A DNA stretch of 64,000 bases, taken from contig CM059432.1 in the NCBI GenBank assembly GCA_030390025.1, positions 108,564,001-108,628,000 of the forward strand. The letters are read 5' to 3'. Under the pieces are notes generated by a model. The model had not been told where the DNA came from, made no database searches, and saw nothing but the letters and a program-made list of their open reading frames with translations. Both the position numbers and the translations under genes were made by a program. The DNA comes from Squalus acanthias (lineage: Eukaryota). Positions 49,081-61,479 of the stretch are shown in pieces. Numbering within the stretch: position 1 is the first letter of the stretch; the number at the start of each line of letters is the position of its first letter.

Positions 49081-51155
49081 TCAGTCTCCTTTGGCACTGC
49101 TGCTCAGTCATGGTGAGGTAGCTCATCCTCTGCCTGTAAACCCTGAGAGGGGGGTATCTCTTGCGGCTACGTGCTTCCATGCGCTGGCGCCTTCTGCCCT
49201 GTGCAGCATCAGGTGGCTGAGCAGGAGGTTGGCGCTCCTGCTGCTGTTGCTGCTGAGCTGCCTGGTTCTGCTGCTGCTGTGGCTGCTCCTCATCCGAGTC
49301 CATGGTGAAAGGAAATAAATGGTTCCCATGCTGCTGGCAGATACCTCCATTGGGGAAGCGCTCAATCCAAGCAGGGAGAGGGTCTTCCAAGGAGGTCCCA
49401 CAGTTGAGAGATAGAAGCTGCAGCACCTCCGACTTCGGTTGGCCTGCTAAAAGTGCTGAAAGAGCTGTGGAACAAAAGTTCTGTCACCTGCAACTGATCC
49501 CTGTTGAAAGCTCTGTTTTAATGGTGGAGCTGCAGCTGTGAGGAGGCCACCCACTTGTCAACCCAGCAGGATTAGCTGGCGTGGTTTAGGAGGGTCGTGC
49601 AACACGCGCAAAATGTGGCAAAATAACAAAGGCCTGTCAAAATAGGATGATAGAGGACCTTAACCAGTATTTAAGGGTTTTAACTACCTCTCCCGACTGA
49701 TGGAGGTGGGACTGAATCGCACCCATCAACCCCGCCTCCGGCAAAATTGTGCGGAGGCGGGTTGGAGGCGGGTTCCGATCCCGCCCTCAGTTTTTGCCAT
49801 TTTGCCAACTGTCCCGCCTCCAAACCCGCCTCCTCGGGGCTGGGAAAATCACCCCCTAAGACTCTATGATACTCCAAACCCTTTGTAATAAAGGTTAACA
49901 TACCATTTGCTTTCCTAATTGCTTGCTGTACCTGCATGTTAACTTTTTGTGATTCGTGTATAAGGACACCAGGTCCTTTTGAATACCAACATTTCCCAAT
50001 CTCTAACCATTTAAAAAATAATCTGCTTTTCTATTTTTCCTACCAAAGTGGATAACTTCACATTTCTCCACATTATATTCCATCTGGCATGTTGTTGCCC
50101 ACTCACTTAACCTGTCTATCTCCCTTTGCAGCCTCTTTGCATCCTTCTCACAGCTTACTTCCCACCTAATTTTGTATACTATTTCATAGTAACTGACCTT
50201 AGCATCAGTGGTAACATATATGTGCTTGGCACACACATGGCGTGGCTGTGTCACTCTATTCACTTATCTCAGCTTCTCCATAGTCCCACACGCTGATGTT
50301 ATCCACTTTTGGTCACTCTGCACACTTGTAGGTTCCATCTGCAGCTTTAATGTCATCTCTACGGACAAATCAATTTTTTAATTCAATATTTGGAGAACAG
50401 AGTGATAAACAGAGATGATTCAAAGGAGTAGAATTTAAAGAGAAACTCTTCTACTGCTCATTTACAAGGCCTTAACAAGGAACAGCGCTGTAAACTGAGG
50501 TTCAGGCCAGTAACACGAATTACACTTCATTACTGCAATCGTAGAAGCATGTAGCTTGCTCCATTAACTTTGAAAATCACATGGGCTGGCTCTAACTCTC
50601 AGCACATTAAATCCACATGGGATGATTGAGCCTGGGAATCCATATTGGCTGTATATACTGTGGCTCTCAAACCTCATCTCCCCCTGCCACATAGGAACAA
50701 CAGAGCTGCTCTAAAAAGGAGAGTTTTGTCTTCGACTATCCATATGCTTATTGCATGGGACAGTATTTTAATTTTGTTGACATTCTGGCTCCATCGGGAC
50801 CAAGTTGTAGTTTTCTGGATTCACAGGATTTATGGCAGCTGTTTGATCATCATAACCAGGTTGCAGTAGATCCCACTATCCTGTGACAAATAGAGAGAGA
50901 GAGGTTGGTGTATATTTTAGACAGTTTTGAAAATAGAAGGTTTCTTACCAGAATTCACCATGAAGGACCCCAGATGGGGTGATCTTGGAACCCAAGCTGA
51001 TCCAATTATTGCTTCTTCAAAGGAAAATGATTAACATATAAAGTACCAAATCAGATGAACTGCCCTTTCAATTACTGCCAAATATCAAAAACAGTCATGT
51101 ATATGGACTGACAGACCATGGATTCAACACATATTGCTCTGATTTGCTGAACCAT

Positions 51156-51580
51156 CAACAACAACAACAACTTGTATTTATATAGCACCTTTAACGTAGT
51201 AAAATGTCCCAAGGCGCTGCACAGGAGTATTTTAAGACAAAAAATTTGACACCGATCCGCATAAGGAGAAATTAGGGTAGGTGACCAAAAGCTTGGTCAA
51301 AGAGGTAGGTTTTAAGGAGAGTCTTAAAGGAGGAAACAGAGGTAGCGAGGCAGACAGCTTTAGGCAGGGAATTCCAGAGCTGAGGGCCTAGGAACAGAAG
51401 GCATGGCCACCAAAGTTTGAGTGATTATAATCAGGGATGCTCAAGAGGGCAGAATTAGAGGATGCAGATATCTCAGGGGGGTTGTGGGGCTGAAGCAGAT
51501 TACAGAGATAGGGAGGGGCAAGGCCATGGAGGGATTTGAAAACAAGGATGAGAATTTTGAAATCGAGGCGCTGCTTAACC
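51156..51580 (-). mobile_element. L2-type LINE 3' end
   Basis: (CAA)n + cttgtatttatatagcacctttaacgtagtaaaa..aggtaggttttaagga..agggaattccagagc. Confidence 0.75.
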
Positions 51581-52489
51581 AGGAGGAATTATCAAGGGGA
51601 ATGTTTCATAGGAGTAATTCCTGGACATTAATACCTCACCTCAAAAGATGTGAGAGATGTTATCCCAGTTTTGTTCATTGACTTCAAAGGAATGGTTATA
51701 TCATGAAAGAATTCCCATGGCATAAATCAGCTCTTGGGTTGCTCCTGTCTTTCGTTCTGACAGGAGATCCGAACTCTAGCTGGAAGTTTATGTAATCCAT
51801 TCTTAACATTGTATTATGGAGGTGTGTGAAAGTGTTTAATCACAAAGTCCTGCTGTTTATCAAGCTATGTATGAAATACATTCTAAAGCGGGTTATTTGG
51901 CCACTTTCTGTTTTTCTATACGTATTGTACTCTCTGTGTATTTTGACGTGTGTCACTGCTTCTGTGCTATTTAGCCTTTAAATAAATCTGACAAACTAGT
52001 TTTAGCCTGCATGCATAGATCTGACCGTATGGTATTTTCTGCCTTTTGAAGGGGACAAGAGATTATCCCACACGATGTCCAATGTACTATATACTGTAAT
52101 TCAGGGTAAGTGTTAATCTTAGGCATGCTACTCCACATGCGATATGATTAATGGTGAAGGTTTTAGATCATAAGAGACTTGGCCTGTTTATGGAAATAAC
52201 CCTTTTAGCATGAAAAAGAGATGGAATTGTTGGCAGAAAGCTTGAGCTATTGCACCCATGAGACGTCACGATTGTTTTCTTCCCCTTGTAAACAGCAGTA
52301 ACTCTTTTCTAATTTACAGTCACAACTGAGACCTTCTTGTACACAGTTCCACAGTCTTAGTGTTAGCTTTCCACATAGTCTTTTCACAGGTGGGACCCAT
52401 TCCTTTACCTTCTGAGGATTATTGCACAACAACTTGCATTTATATAGCACATTTTAACATAGAAAAATGTCCGCTTCACAGAGGCATAA

Positions 52490-52674
52490 CGGGCGAAACT
52501 TTCAGCTTTGGCGGGGACGTTAGGCAAACGGTAGCAAATGGCAACCCGTTATATACCCTACCCAATTTTCCTTTCCAGTGAAGTCAATAGAACGGAAATC
52601 CAGGCGGGATCTATAATGGGCGGCCGATCCGCCACTGCTCGTTTTATGCCTCCGCCGAAGCTGAAAGTTCCACC
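52490..52674. mobile_element. M2: 185-bp Harbinger/Tourist MITE inside an L2/SINE tail
   Basis: About 23-bp TIR GGCGAAACTTTCAGCTTTGGCGG / GGTGGAACTTTCAGCTTCGGCGG; TAA TSD. Confidence 0.8.
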
Positions 52675-52949
52675 TAATCACTATACCCGTTGCAAACGTC
52701 TTCCTGTAATGATCTTTGGTATTGCATGCAGGCCACTCCTTGTAATTATCTCTGTTAATCACCCAGTTCTCCTAAGTTTCTCCTTGCACAGCACATTTCA
52801 AATGTGTCTGGTCTCTGCCTCTTTGCTGTTTTCAGGATCCTGCTCTCGGCATCATACAAAAGTCTATTTAACACTAGCCTCAATGCTCTTCTTCTCACAT
52901 CTAGATATTTATAGAAACGTGTTGTGGGAAACAGTTATGAATTGTATCA

Positions 52950-53142
52950 GCTTGACTCAGTTGGTAGCACTCTCACCTCTGCGTCAGACAGTCATAGGAT
53001 CAAACCCTACTTCAGGACTTGAGCACAGAATCTATGCTGACACCTCAGTACAGTACTGAGTGAGTGCTGTATTGTCAAGGGTGCCGTCTTTCAGATGAAA
53101 TGCTAAACTGTTTGCCTATTCAGGGGAATGTAAAAGATCCTG
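52950..53142 (+). mobile_element. tRNA-headed SINE, 5' part
   Basis: A-box-like TGACTCAGTTGG and B-box-like GGATCAAACCC, followed by the SINE body. Confidence 0.7.
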
Positions 53143-53599
53143 CGCCAATTCTATCCTCCCCTTGCCCACCCAATCTTCTTAAAAGGAAGTTTTATCATTT
53201 GGCCGTAGTTCTATAAACTGGTGACTGATTGGGTTGTGAAATGTGAGCCATTTTCATGAAAGTCTGTGTACTAAAATTGGCATCTGGAGAAGCAGAAGAT
53301 TTGTGGGGAACTCTCTCCTGGCTTCCCTGCTTTATTTTCTGCAAGACTTGAGAATTTTATTTTTTAACTCTGCAAAGGGTATTTGCCGAAAAAAAATGAG
53401 AATAATTGCCCGTGGAGTCACAGCTGTTTCATAAATCAGTCCCAACTGCCCAAGATATATCTTTGCAGGTGACTGATACCACTACAGCCTGTGGAAAGTT
53501 TACCAATCTCAACACTTGACCTTTAAAGCAGGAAAAAATTGTCCTGATAAAGGGCCATTCACAGGAGCAGGAGGCACAATGGCTTGTTTGAAAGACATT

Positions 53600-54343
53600 G
53601 GCCCAGAAATTGATCTCGCTCTGTTCCCGCGGGGGTAAGGCTTCCCCGCGATGTCTCACCTCGCTTGTGCTTTTTCAGATCCAGCTCGCACGAACTTGAT
53701 GTTCCAGACATCAGCTGTGCTGGGCTTGCGTATCCCAGCGGCGTAGTGAATTCGTGCGAGCTGTGGGATCACGTGACTCAGTTAGAGCCAATGGCAGCAC
53801 ACCATCTTCCATTCATAAGTTTCACAGACCTGCTGTGAAATCTATGAATCTTACACCCCCCCAAAATAACAGCTAAACCTCAATTAAATTTTTAAAAAAA
53901 CCCATCACATTAATAAAATAAGTATAGTTAATTAAATTAACCATTTTAAATAAAAAATTAAATTTTTGAAAAAATTTAAAATCTTTTAAAAAGTTATAAA
54001 AATAAACTTACCTGTCTTTAAAGTCTCTAAAAAAGATATACCTGTAAAAAAAAATTCAAAAAAATACTTAATTCACTACTTACCTTCTTAAAAGCGGGTC
54101 TTACTCCTCCTTTTTACATTTCCAAAATCTTCCCTACTTACCTGCGCGTCCAAAGCATGAAGTGCACAGCGTGCGCGCAGCCTGTAGCGCGCACGCGATG
54201 CACCGAGGACCCGCCCCCTTTTCAAAAGAGCAATTGCCGGTTTTCAGCGCATGCGCAGGGCATGCAGAAAACCGGCAATTGGAGTGGGAATACGCGAGAG
54301 TACGCAGTGAGTACTCTCGCGTCACGGGATCAATTTTCGGCCC
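53600..54343. mobile_element. M3: Harbinger/Tourist MITE
   Basis: TIR GGCCCAGAAATTGATC/GGGCCGAAAATTGATC; perfect ATT TSD (53597-99/54344-46). Confidence 0.85.
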
Positions 54344-54684
54344 ATTATTTTACTGGACATTTGGGAGACAATCACACGGAGCGATCCTTACACTTTCACC
54401 AGGGACTGTGTATTTGACTAGAATGAGGAGCATGCAGTTTGACAGAAGTATGTCTGCCTCTACTATGGATACAAATGAGACTCGACTTTCTTTCTCATCC
54501 TAAAGGAGTGAAGTTCATTCCGAGCACATGAAACTGATGGCTAAAGCTGGTGTTGAATAATGTTCCCGGAAGGATATTAAACCCATTTGTAATTCCAATA
54601 CTGCAAGTGTATCAAATAGTTTACTGTTGAATTTCAGGGATTTTTATGTTTCTGATGTTTATTATATGTTTCAAGCTGTGTAAA

Positions 54685-55110
54685 AAAAAACGTGCCTTTA
54701 TATAGTGCCTTTCGCATCCTCAGGACGACCAAAGTGCTACATAGACATTTGAAGTGTGGACACTGTTGCAATGTAGGAACACGCAGCAGCTAGTTTCTGC
54801 ACAGCAAGCTCGCACAAACAGCATTGATGTAATTGGTCAGACAATCTGTTTTAATGATGTTTGTTGAGGGAGAAATATTGGCCAGGACATCAGGAGAACT
54901 CCCTTGCTCTTTTTCAAATAGTACCGTGAGATCTTTTACATCCAACTGAGAGGGCAGAAGGGGCCTTGGTTTAACGTCTAATTCGAAAGACTCAGACAGT
55001 GTAGCACTGAAGTGTCAGCTTAGTTTATGCGCTCAAGTCTCTGGAGTGGGGCTTGAACCTACATCATTTTGAGTCAGAGGCGAGAGCACAGCATTGAGGC
55101 ATGGCTGACA
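54685..55110 (-). mobile_element. Near full-length tRNA-headed SINE with L2-like tail
   Basis: Tail tttatatagtgcctttc at about 54697; head with B-box GGTTCAAGCCC at about 55049-55059 on the minus strand. Confidence 0.75.
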
Positions 55111-55692
55111 TTTTGAGCTGGCATTGCACAAAGGAAGTGGGCAGCGGAAGACTCATGGTACAAGCTGAAAGCTTCACAGATAAACCTCGCTAATGGTTCC
55201 ACTCATTGAATATAATTTATTTCAAAGTTTGAGAAATAATGCAGATTAAGTTGAGCAATCTATCTTTACTTGCGATGTTGGGAATCAAATAGTGTCCTCA
55301 CATGAGCTAGCTAACCTCTCTTTCATATTTTAATTTGTTGGCCTTATATTCTGTCTAGGGCATTACTGCCCTTCTAAGTGCATGCTGCATAAAATAAAAT
55401 TTAAGGACTGATGTCAGGTCATGGTGAAATATTAAGCCAGTGTTCAGAAGTATGTTCTGGTTTACATTGTAGGTAGGGTTCAGTTGGTGATGCTTTTTAT
55501 GATATTCCAGTCAGGGAGTGAACAATCAGTAAAGACAACTTTGCTGATTAAAATCTAATTGAAAATGAGGGCTTAATTTATAACCTTTGGATCATTGTGT
55601 TCTCTTTTCACTTGCTTAATTGAGATAAATGTTTAATGCCGATATAAATATAAATGGAGACAGACTGGGCTGGATTTTGTCACTGAGTCATA

Positions 55693-56579
55693 GGGGTAAA
55701 AATTCACTTGGTTGCGCCACCCGTTAGCGCCTTAAGAGGGCGCTAATGGGGCGCAAAGCCGCTAACGCCCGGGCGCAGCGATGTTTGCGCCGCTCGAGAA
55801 CTTAACTTGAGATTGTGCGGCGGCGCTAAAACTTACCGCTGCGACCACCTGCGCGCGCAGATTGTGACGTCATTCCATGGTGCAACACCCTTGGGGCGCC
55901 CCGTAGCGGAAATTGAGTGGCGCCCCCTGCCTTACCGCCTGGCGCTTCCAACGACCAGAAGACTGGAACGCTATCAATCGCTGTGGGGCTGGGGGGGGCG
56001 CTATTTAAAGGGGGCCTCTTCCTGTCTTTTATTGTTGGTGGCATTTTTGAACTACGCATTCTGAGAGAGAGAGGGAGAGACTTCTGGAGAGATTCAACGT
56101 TGTGTGAAGGAGTTTTGGGTACTGAGCAGCACTTTGCAGGTTCATTTTGATTTGCCATTCCTTGTATCGATTTAGCAGAGACCGTGGGAGCTGCACTCTG
56201 AGCTCTTTGCCTGGTGCTCTCCATTGTTCTTTCCAGCACATTTGATGTGCAAGTCTCTCCAGGCCGAGATTCAAGGCAGCAATGAACAGGATGTGGATGG
56301 AAAGCAAGATTAACCATCCCCTTTAAGAACTGGCCCGTGCCATTGTGTGTGTGTTCCATTGCTGACTGACATTACATGAGCTTCGCCAGCGCTCCGAGTT
56401 AGCGCCTCACTGCTCGGCCTTTGCGCCTTAAGAGAGGTGTGCAGCGCCTGCTTTAGCGCTCCACTCACCTCCCGGGGCGGTAAAAGTGAAGTTTCCCGTC
56501 AGTGCCGATAATTAGCGCCAGGCGCTAATATTTGCGTCCGGACGATATTTGCGCCCCAAATGGGGCGCGACCTAATTTC
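55693..56579. mobile_element. M4: MITE related to H2 ends, inserted in a CR1 tail
   Basis: Starts GGGGTAAAAATTC; same TAGCGCC/GGCGCTA subterminal repeats as H2; last few TIR bases missing. Confidence 0.78.
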
Positions 56580-56916
56580 GAGTCATAGAGTTATACAGCA
56601 CAGAAAGAGGCCCTTCGGCCCATCGTGTCCACGCCGGCCATCAAGCCCTGTCTATTCTAATCCCATTTTCCAGCACTTGGTCCGTAGCCTTGTATGCTAT
56701 GGCGTTTCAAGTGCTCATCTAAATGCTTCTTGAATGTTGTGAGGGTTCCTGCCTCTACCACCCTTTCAGGCAGTGAGTTCCAGATTCCAACCACCCTCTG
56801 GATGAAAAAGTTTTTCCTCTAATCCCCTCTAAACCTCCTGCCCCTTACCTTGAAACTATGCCCCCTGGTTATTGACCCCACTACTAAGGGGAAAAGTTCC
56901 TTTCTATCTACCCTAT
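56580..56916 (-). mobile_element. CR1 3' fragment (tail continues at 55685-55692)
   Basis: RVDRKELFPLVVGSITRGHSFKVRGRRFRGD; (GACTCTAT)-type tail. Confidence 0.88.
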
Positions 56917-57180
56917 GGGGGTGGGTTGGGGGCATGTCAGGTGGTCGTCGTGTCAGGATCCCGACTCTGATGTAAAGTGGGACAAAAGTGTGATTTTGCC
57001 CTAATTGGGCAATTGATTTCCAGCATGTGGGAACCCCTGGCCCAATGAGCCTTTTCATACAGAAACTCGCCTTCGATTACGTCATCAATGCTGCTGGATT
57101 TAAGGCCTGCAAGCAGCCTTGCTTCTTTTTTCAGCCTTTCAACTTTGTGACCATTGTTCTGAGTGATTCCTTGTGCAAGT

Positions 57181-59131
57181 ATGTCCAGCTCTAGACCAAA
57201 GTGTGCACCCAGATTTGATGAGGCCTCCCTCCAAGCTCTGGTGGAGGGAGCAAGAGCAAACAAGGAGGTGCTTTTTCCTTCCTCAGGCAGGAAAAAGCCT
57301 CCACAACAGACCAATACTGTGTGGCTGCAAGTGGCACAGGAGGTCAATGCTATTTCTATGTGCAGCAGAACCTGGCTGCAGTGCAGGAAGAGGTTTCATG
57401 ACCTTCTCCGCACAGGAAAAGTGAGTATTACATTCCCATCACCCTCAATCTGATCCCCATTGCCTCTCCTCACCAGCACTCTGCTTTGTCAAGCTCCTCC
57501 TGCACATCCCACTTCACCCTTACATCCCTGCTCCCTTACCCATTCCCTCTCTCTCTATGTTCACATTCACTGAACTATTCGACTATGCAGCCCTCACACT
57601 CCCTATCACTGTGATGCAATGCCAACAACTTACTACACACAGGGAGGGCCCTTGGTCTTGGCGCCTCACTTCATCTTTGTCTCCTTCTAAGCATCTGTGC
57701 TATGGATTCTCTACACTCACTCCTTCATTCTCACTCAAACTCCACTTGTGTCCCTCATTGCAGGAAAAGAGAGCCCACAATAAGAGGGAAAGGGCGAGGA
57801 CAGGAGGAGGGCCACCCTCAATAGCCCAGCTCAACAATGCAGAGAAGGCGGCCCTGGAGATCGTGGGAGTGGAGGACGATGCGCAAGTGGAGGATGGACA
57901 GATGGGTGCATCACAGCAAGCTGGTGACAGAATAGTTTTGCATCTCATTGACATTGCATGAATGACTGATAATGATTCTGATGCTCTAACAGATTGAGTT
58001 ATGATCATCTGCACAATTCAATGTGCATGCAACCTTTATCTCACATCTCTAACTCTTTCCTTTACTCCGCCACAGGACCATCGAGAACCCCCGTCCCCAC
58101 TGTCCAAGAGGAGCAGCCTGAGCCTGAAGACTCCTCCGAGGAAGCTGCAACCTCTGAGGGCGCAGCGTCAGCAGAATTCAGCGCACCCAGCACCAGCGCA
58201 GACAATCACACCTCGGTTGGACCTTCGTGAGATAGAGTAGTGTTGTCACCTGGTGTTTCACAGATCACAAGTGTGTATCAGCAGATGGTGGAGACAGGGA
58301 CAGCAGTGGAGAGTCCTCGTCGGAGGTTGCACGACTCTCCCAACTTGGCTCAGCTGCATGTCGCCCCTGTGCCTCCAGGTCCATCCAGAAGGAGAGTGGT
58401 GCTGGAACTCCAGGAACAGGTGCAGGAGTCTCTGGCAGGTTTTGTCTCCGGGGTCGCTGCGAGTGTGGAGCGAATGGAGGAGTCCATCGCAAACATGAGC
58501 AGAGCCTTTGTGGAGGCATTGGCGCATGAATGCATCACCACGGAAAGGATGCCAACCTCTGTGGAAAGGATGGCTACCTCCGTGGTAAGGCTGGCTACCA
58601 TAGAGGAGAGGATGGCTACGGTAGAGGAGAGGATGGCTACGGCCATGGAGGAGCTAGGTCGCCAGGGTATTGAAAACTTGGTGATTGTTCAGATAGATTG
58701 ACAACTCTTGAGGAGCGATGGTCAGCATAGAAACCAGACCTTCATGGAAGTCCTCTGAAGTAGGACTTCCAGTGCAGAAATGGGTCCTCATGGCCCCCCT
58801 GAAGTGCAGCAATGAGAGGGATGTTGGTGGCAGAGAACAAGGAAGTGGGGGCTCCTCTCCATTCGCTCACATGACCATGCCACTACAAAGCCCTCGGTCA
58901 AAGCCCCACCAGAGTCCTCACCCAACTGAGATGGTCGTCTCAGCCCCTGCACAGCCGCAGGAGGAGCAGACTGTTGCCGAGCCCTCACAGGCTCGCAACC
59001 CCAGTGTTCGCCTGCCAAAGGTGTCGAGACAGGAGCAGCAAGAAAGTGAGCAAGGGGCCTCCACATCTGCTGAAGCCACAGGGGAAGCACCACGTAGGAG
59101 CACGCTTAAGAGGAAGATAAAGCACAAGTAG
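57181..59131 (+). pseudogene. Three-exon Myb/SANT plus coiled-coil gene of H9 (exons 57181-57420, 57764-57923, 58076-59131)
   Basis: GT/AG sites with consistent phase; TGA at 58228-30 (probable CGA decay) and a frameshift at about 58695. Confidence 0.88.
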
Positions 59132-59389
59132 TCACAAGGGTAGTCACTTGGGTGTTCTGTTGTGTTTATTTTTGTAAAGCCATCCGTGAATTGTGATGAT
59201 AAACAAATTTGATGGCAAACTGCTGAAGTTGTGGCCTGTGTCATTTCGCAAATGGGACTTCCACCTTGAAGCCTTAGGGCGACTTGCAATTGTCAGTATG
59301 GAGGTCAGAGTGATAGGAATCTGCAGGTTCTTGTCCATTGTCGATGCTCTGGTAAGAAGGTGCGATGCAAACGTGTTTGATTGTGCAGG

Positions 59390-60590
59390 CTAAGCAAATC
59401 TGGCCAAGATGAGTGCGTCCCTTGCTTCCCAGGCAGCAATGTGCTCGCGTGCTGGTGCTGCTGGTTGATGCGCCTCCTCCTCCTCCTCCTCATCTGAGGA
59501 GGCTATGCGATCAGCCACTTGTACCTCAGGCTGCTGCAAGCCACGATGCTGTGCCATGTTGTGAAGTGCACAGCAGACCACGACCATTCTGGAGACCCTG
59601 GCTGCTCAGTACTGCAGGGCTCCACCTGATCTATCAAGGCATCTGAATCGCATTTTCAGCAAGTCGATGGTTTGGTCGATTATGGATCTGGTGGAAATGT
59701 GGCTGGAGTTGTAGCGCTCCTCAGCGTCGTTGGAAGGGCTCCTCAACGGCGTCATTAGCCACGTCTTCAGGGGATAGCCCTTGCCTCCAAGTAGCCATCT
59801 GAAAAGTTGGTCTGGTGGACTGAAGAGCGGAGGCACACTAGACTGGTGCAGGATGAAGGAGTCATGGCCACTGCCAGGGTACTTGGCGCAAACATGCAAA
59901 ATTTCCTTATTGTGGTCACACACCAGCTGTATGTTGTGGGAGTGGAAGCCTTTGTGGTTGACAAAAATACCTGGATTGTGATGGGGTGCCACATGTGTGC
60001 AGCCAACGATGCCCTGCACCCTTGGAAAGCCTGCCAGATTGGCAAACCCAACCGCACGCGCGGTTACACTTGCTTGATCCTTGGAGAAGTTGATGTAATT
60101 GTGTGCGATGGCAAAGAGGGCATCGGTTACCTGCGTGATGCAAGTGTGTGCGGCCACCTGGGAGACGCCGCTGATGTCTGCTGCTGATCCCTGGAATGAG
60201 CTTAAAGCAAAAAAGTTGAGTGCGGTGGTGACTTTAACGGCCACTGGTAAGGGGTGTCCACCGGATCCTCTGGGCTCCAGGTCTTGCTGCAGCATTGTCA
60301 GCGACTACCTTTCGTGAAAGTCTGAGCCTCCTTTGGCACTGCTGCTCAGTCATGTTGAGGTAGCTGATCCTCTGTCTGTAGACCCTGTTTTGGGTATATC
60401 TCCTGCGCTGACGTGCTTCCATGCGCTGGCGATTTCTGGCCTGTGCAGCTTCAGGTGGGTGAGCAGCAGCTTGGAGCTCCTGTTGTTGCTCCTGCTGTTG
60501 GTGCTGCTGTTGTTCATGGTTCTGCTGCTGCCGTGGCAGGTCTTCGTCCAAATCTGATGTCCAGGAGGAAAGAAAATAAATGGTTCCCAT
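59390..60590 (-). pseudogene. Harbinger transposase of H9 (frameshifts; catalytic-region substitutions IVGCTH, LGGKGY, IIDQ)
   Basis: ORFs 60234-60590, 59606-60295 and 59390-59587. Confidence 0.92.
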
Positions 60591-61479
60591 GCTTCTGGTA
60601 TATGCCTCAGTTGAGGAAGCGCTCAGACAATGTGGGGAGAGGGGTTTCCCAGGAGGTCACACTGGAGATGGGTGTCAGGCTCCAAACTTGCACAACAATG
60701 AGTAGGCCTGCTAAAAGTTTCCCCAGACCTGAGAAAACAAAGTTCTACCACCTGCAAATGATCATCGGTGAAAAGTCCTTTTTAATGGTGGAGCTGCAGC
60801 TGGTCGTAAGTCACCCACTTGTGAGGCCGCCAGGTTTAACTGTTGTGTTCCAGAAGAGACATGCAGCACGGGGGAAATGTCTTAAATTCAGAAAGGCCTC
60901 TCAAAATGGGATTATAGAGGCAATTAATTGGTTGTTAAGGGCCTTAAGAGCTTATCCCGCCTCTTGGAGGTGGGATGGAAACGGGGTCTGAAACCACGAA
61001 TGTGGGAAAATTGCTCGGAGGCGGGATCGAGGTGGTATCAGAGCCGCCCGCCATTTTTACCGATTTTTACAACTCACACGCCTCCATTTCCACCTCCTCG
61101 GGCCTGGCAAAATCGAGCCCCATGTGTCTGACTCCCAGCATAGCATTGCTGCAAGTAAAATATAGGGATAAACACTGAAAAACACATTTTTCTTTCCAAG
61201 TTTCCAAAAGCTACTAATACCCTAATACCCTCCTTACAAGGAGTCTGGAAAAACACACAGTGAATCAAAGCCTTGCTCTTGCCTTCAGCTTGATAAAAAT
61301 CACCTGACTTGGACTAATTCAATGACTTCCTTAAGGTTTGTATTAAGGACTACACCGAGTTCACTAATTTACCTGGATGTATGATCAAAAAAATAATGAG
61401 AATAATGAGGATGGTCTTCATCTTTGATACAAAGAAATCCATGGGCTTCATACACTTGATTTATAAATGAAGATACAAG

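Larger units (their letters stand above)
41695..49856 (-). mobile_element. H6: Harbinger with full-length (decayed) transposase and truncated Myb; hosts H7 and H8
   Basis: TIR GGGCGCAATTTTCCCA/GGGGGTGATTTTCCCA; flanks TAT/TAA; transposase pieces 49329-49081, 45810-45087 and 42612-42379; Myb stub 41979-42140 (+). Confidence 0.85.
39071..50172 (-). mobile_element. CR1 3' region split into three pieces (39071-39469, 41272-41472, about 49870-50172)
   Basis: cataagaacataagaa tail at 39071; the pieces join as continuous ORF2 C-terminus across H5 and across the CR1/H6 block. Confidence 0.82.
55667..61120 (-). mobile_element. H9: complete two-gene Harbinger (decayed); left end interrupted by CR1 and M4
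   Basis: TIR GGGCTGGATTTTG/GGGCTCGATTTTG; left end resumes at about 56917; Myb (+) and transposase (-) are convergent. Confidence 0.9.

Noticed and set aside
50949..51016. Possible minus-strand host exon (acceptor-like ttttcctttgaag, donor GTAAGA)
   Set aside because: The peptide is not recognisable and splice-like motifs occur by chance; RNA-seq would be needed.
52050..52112. Possible plus-strand host exon ending in GTAAGT
   Set aside because: No recognisable protein similarity and no supported neighbouring exons.
52950..53020. tRNA gene
   Set aside because: It has A/B-box-like motifs but no convincing cloverleaf and continues into a SINE body.
57181..59131. Host MSANTD/NAIF1/MYPOP-like gene
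   Set aside because: It is the second gene of Harbinger H9, with inactivating lesions and multiple paralogous copies nearby.
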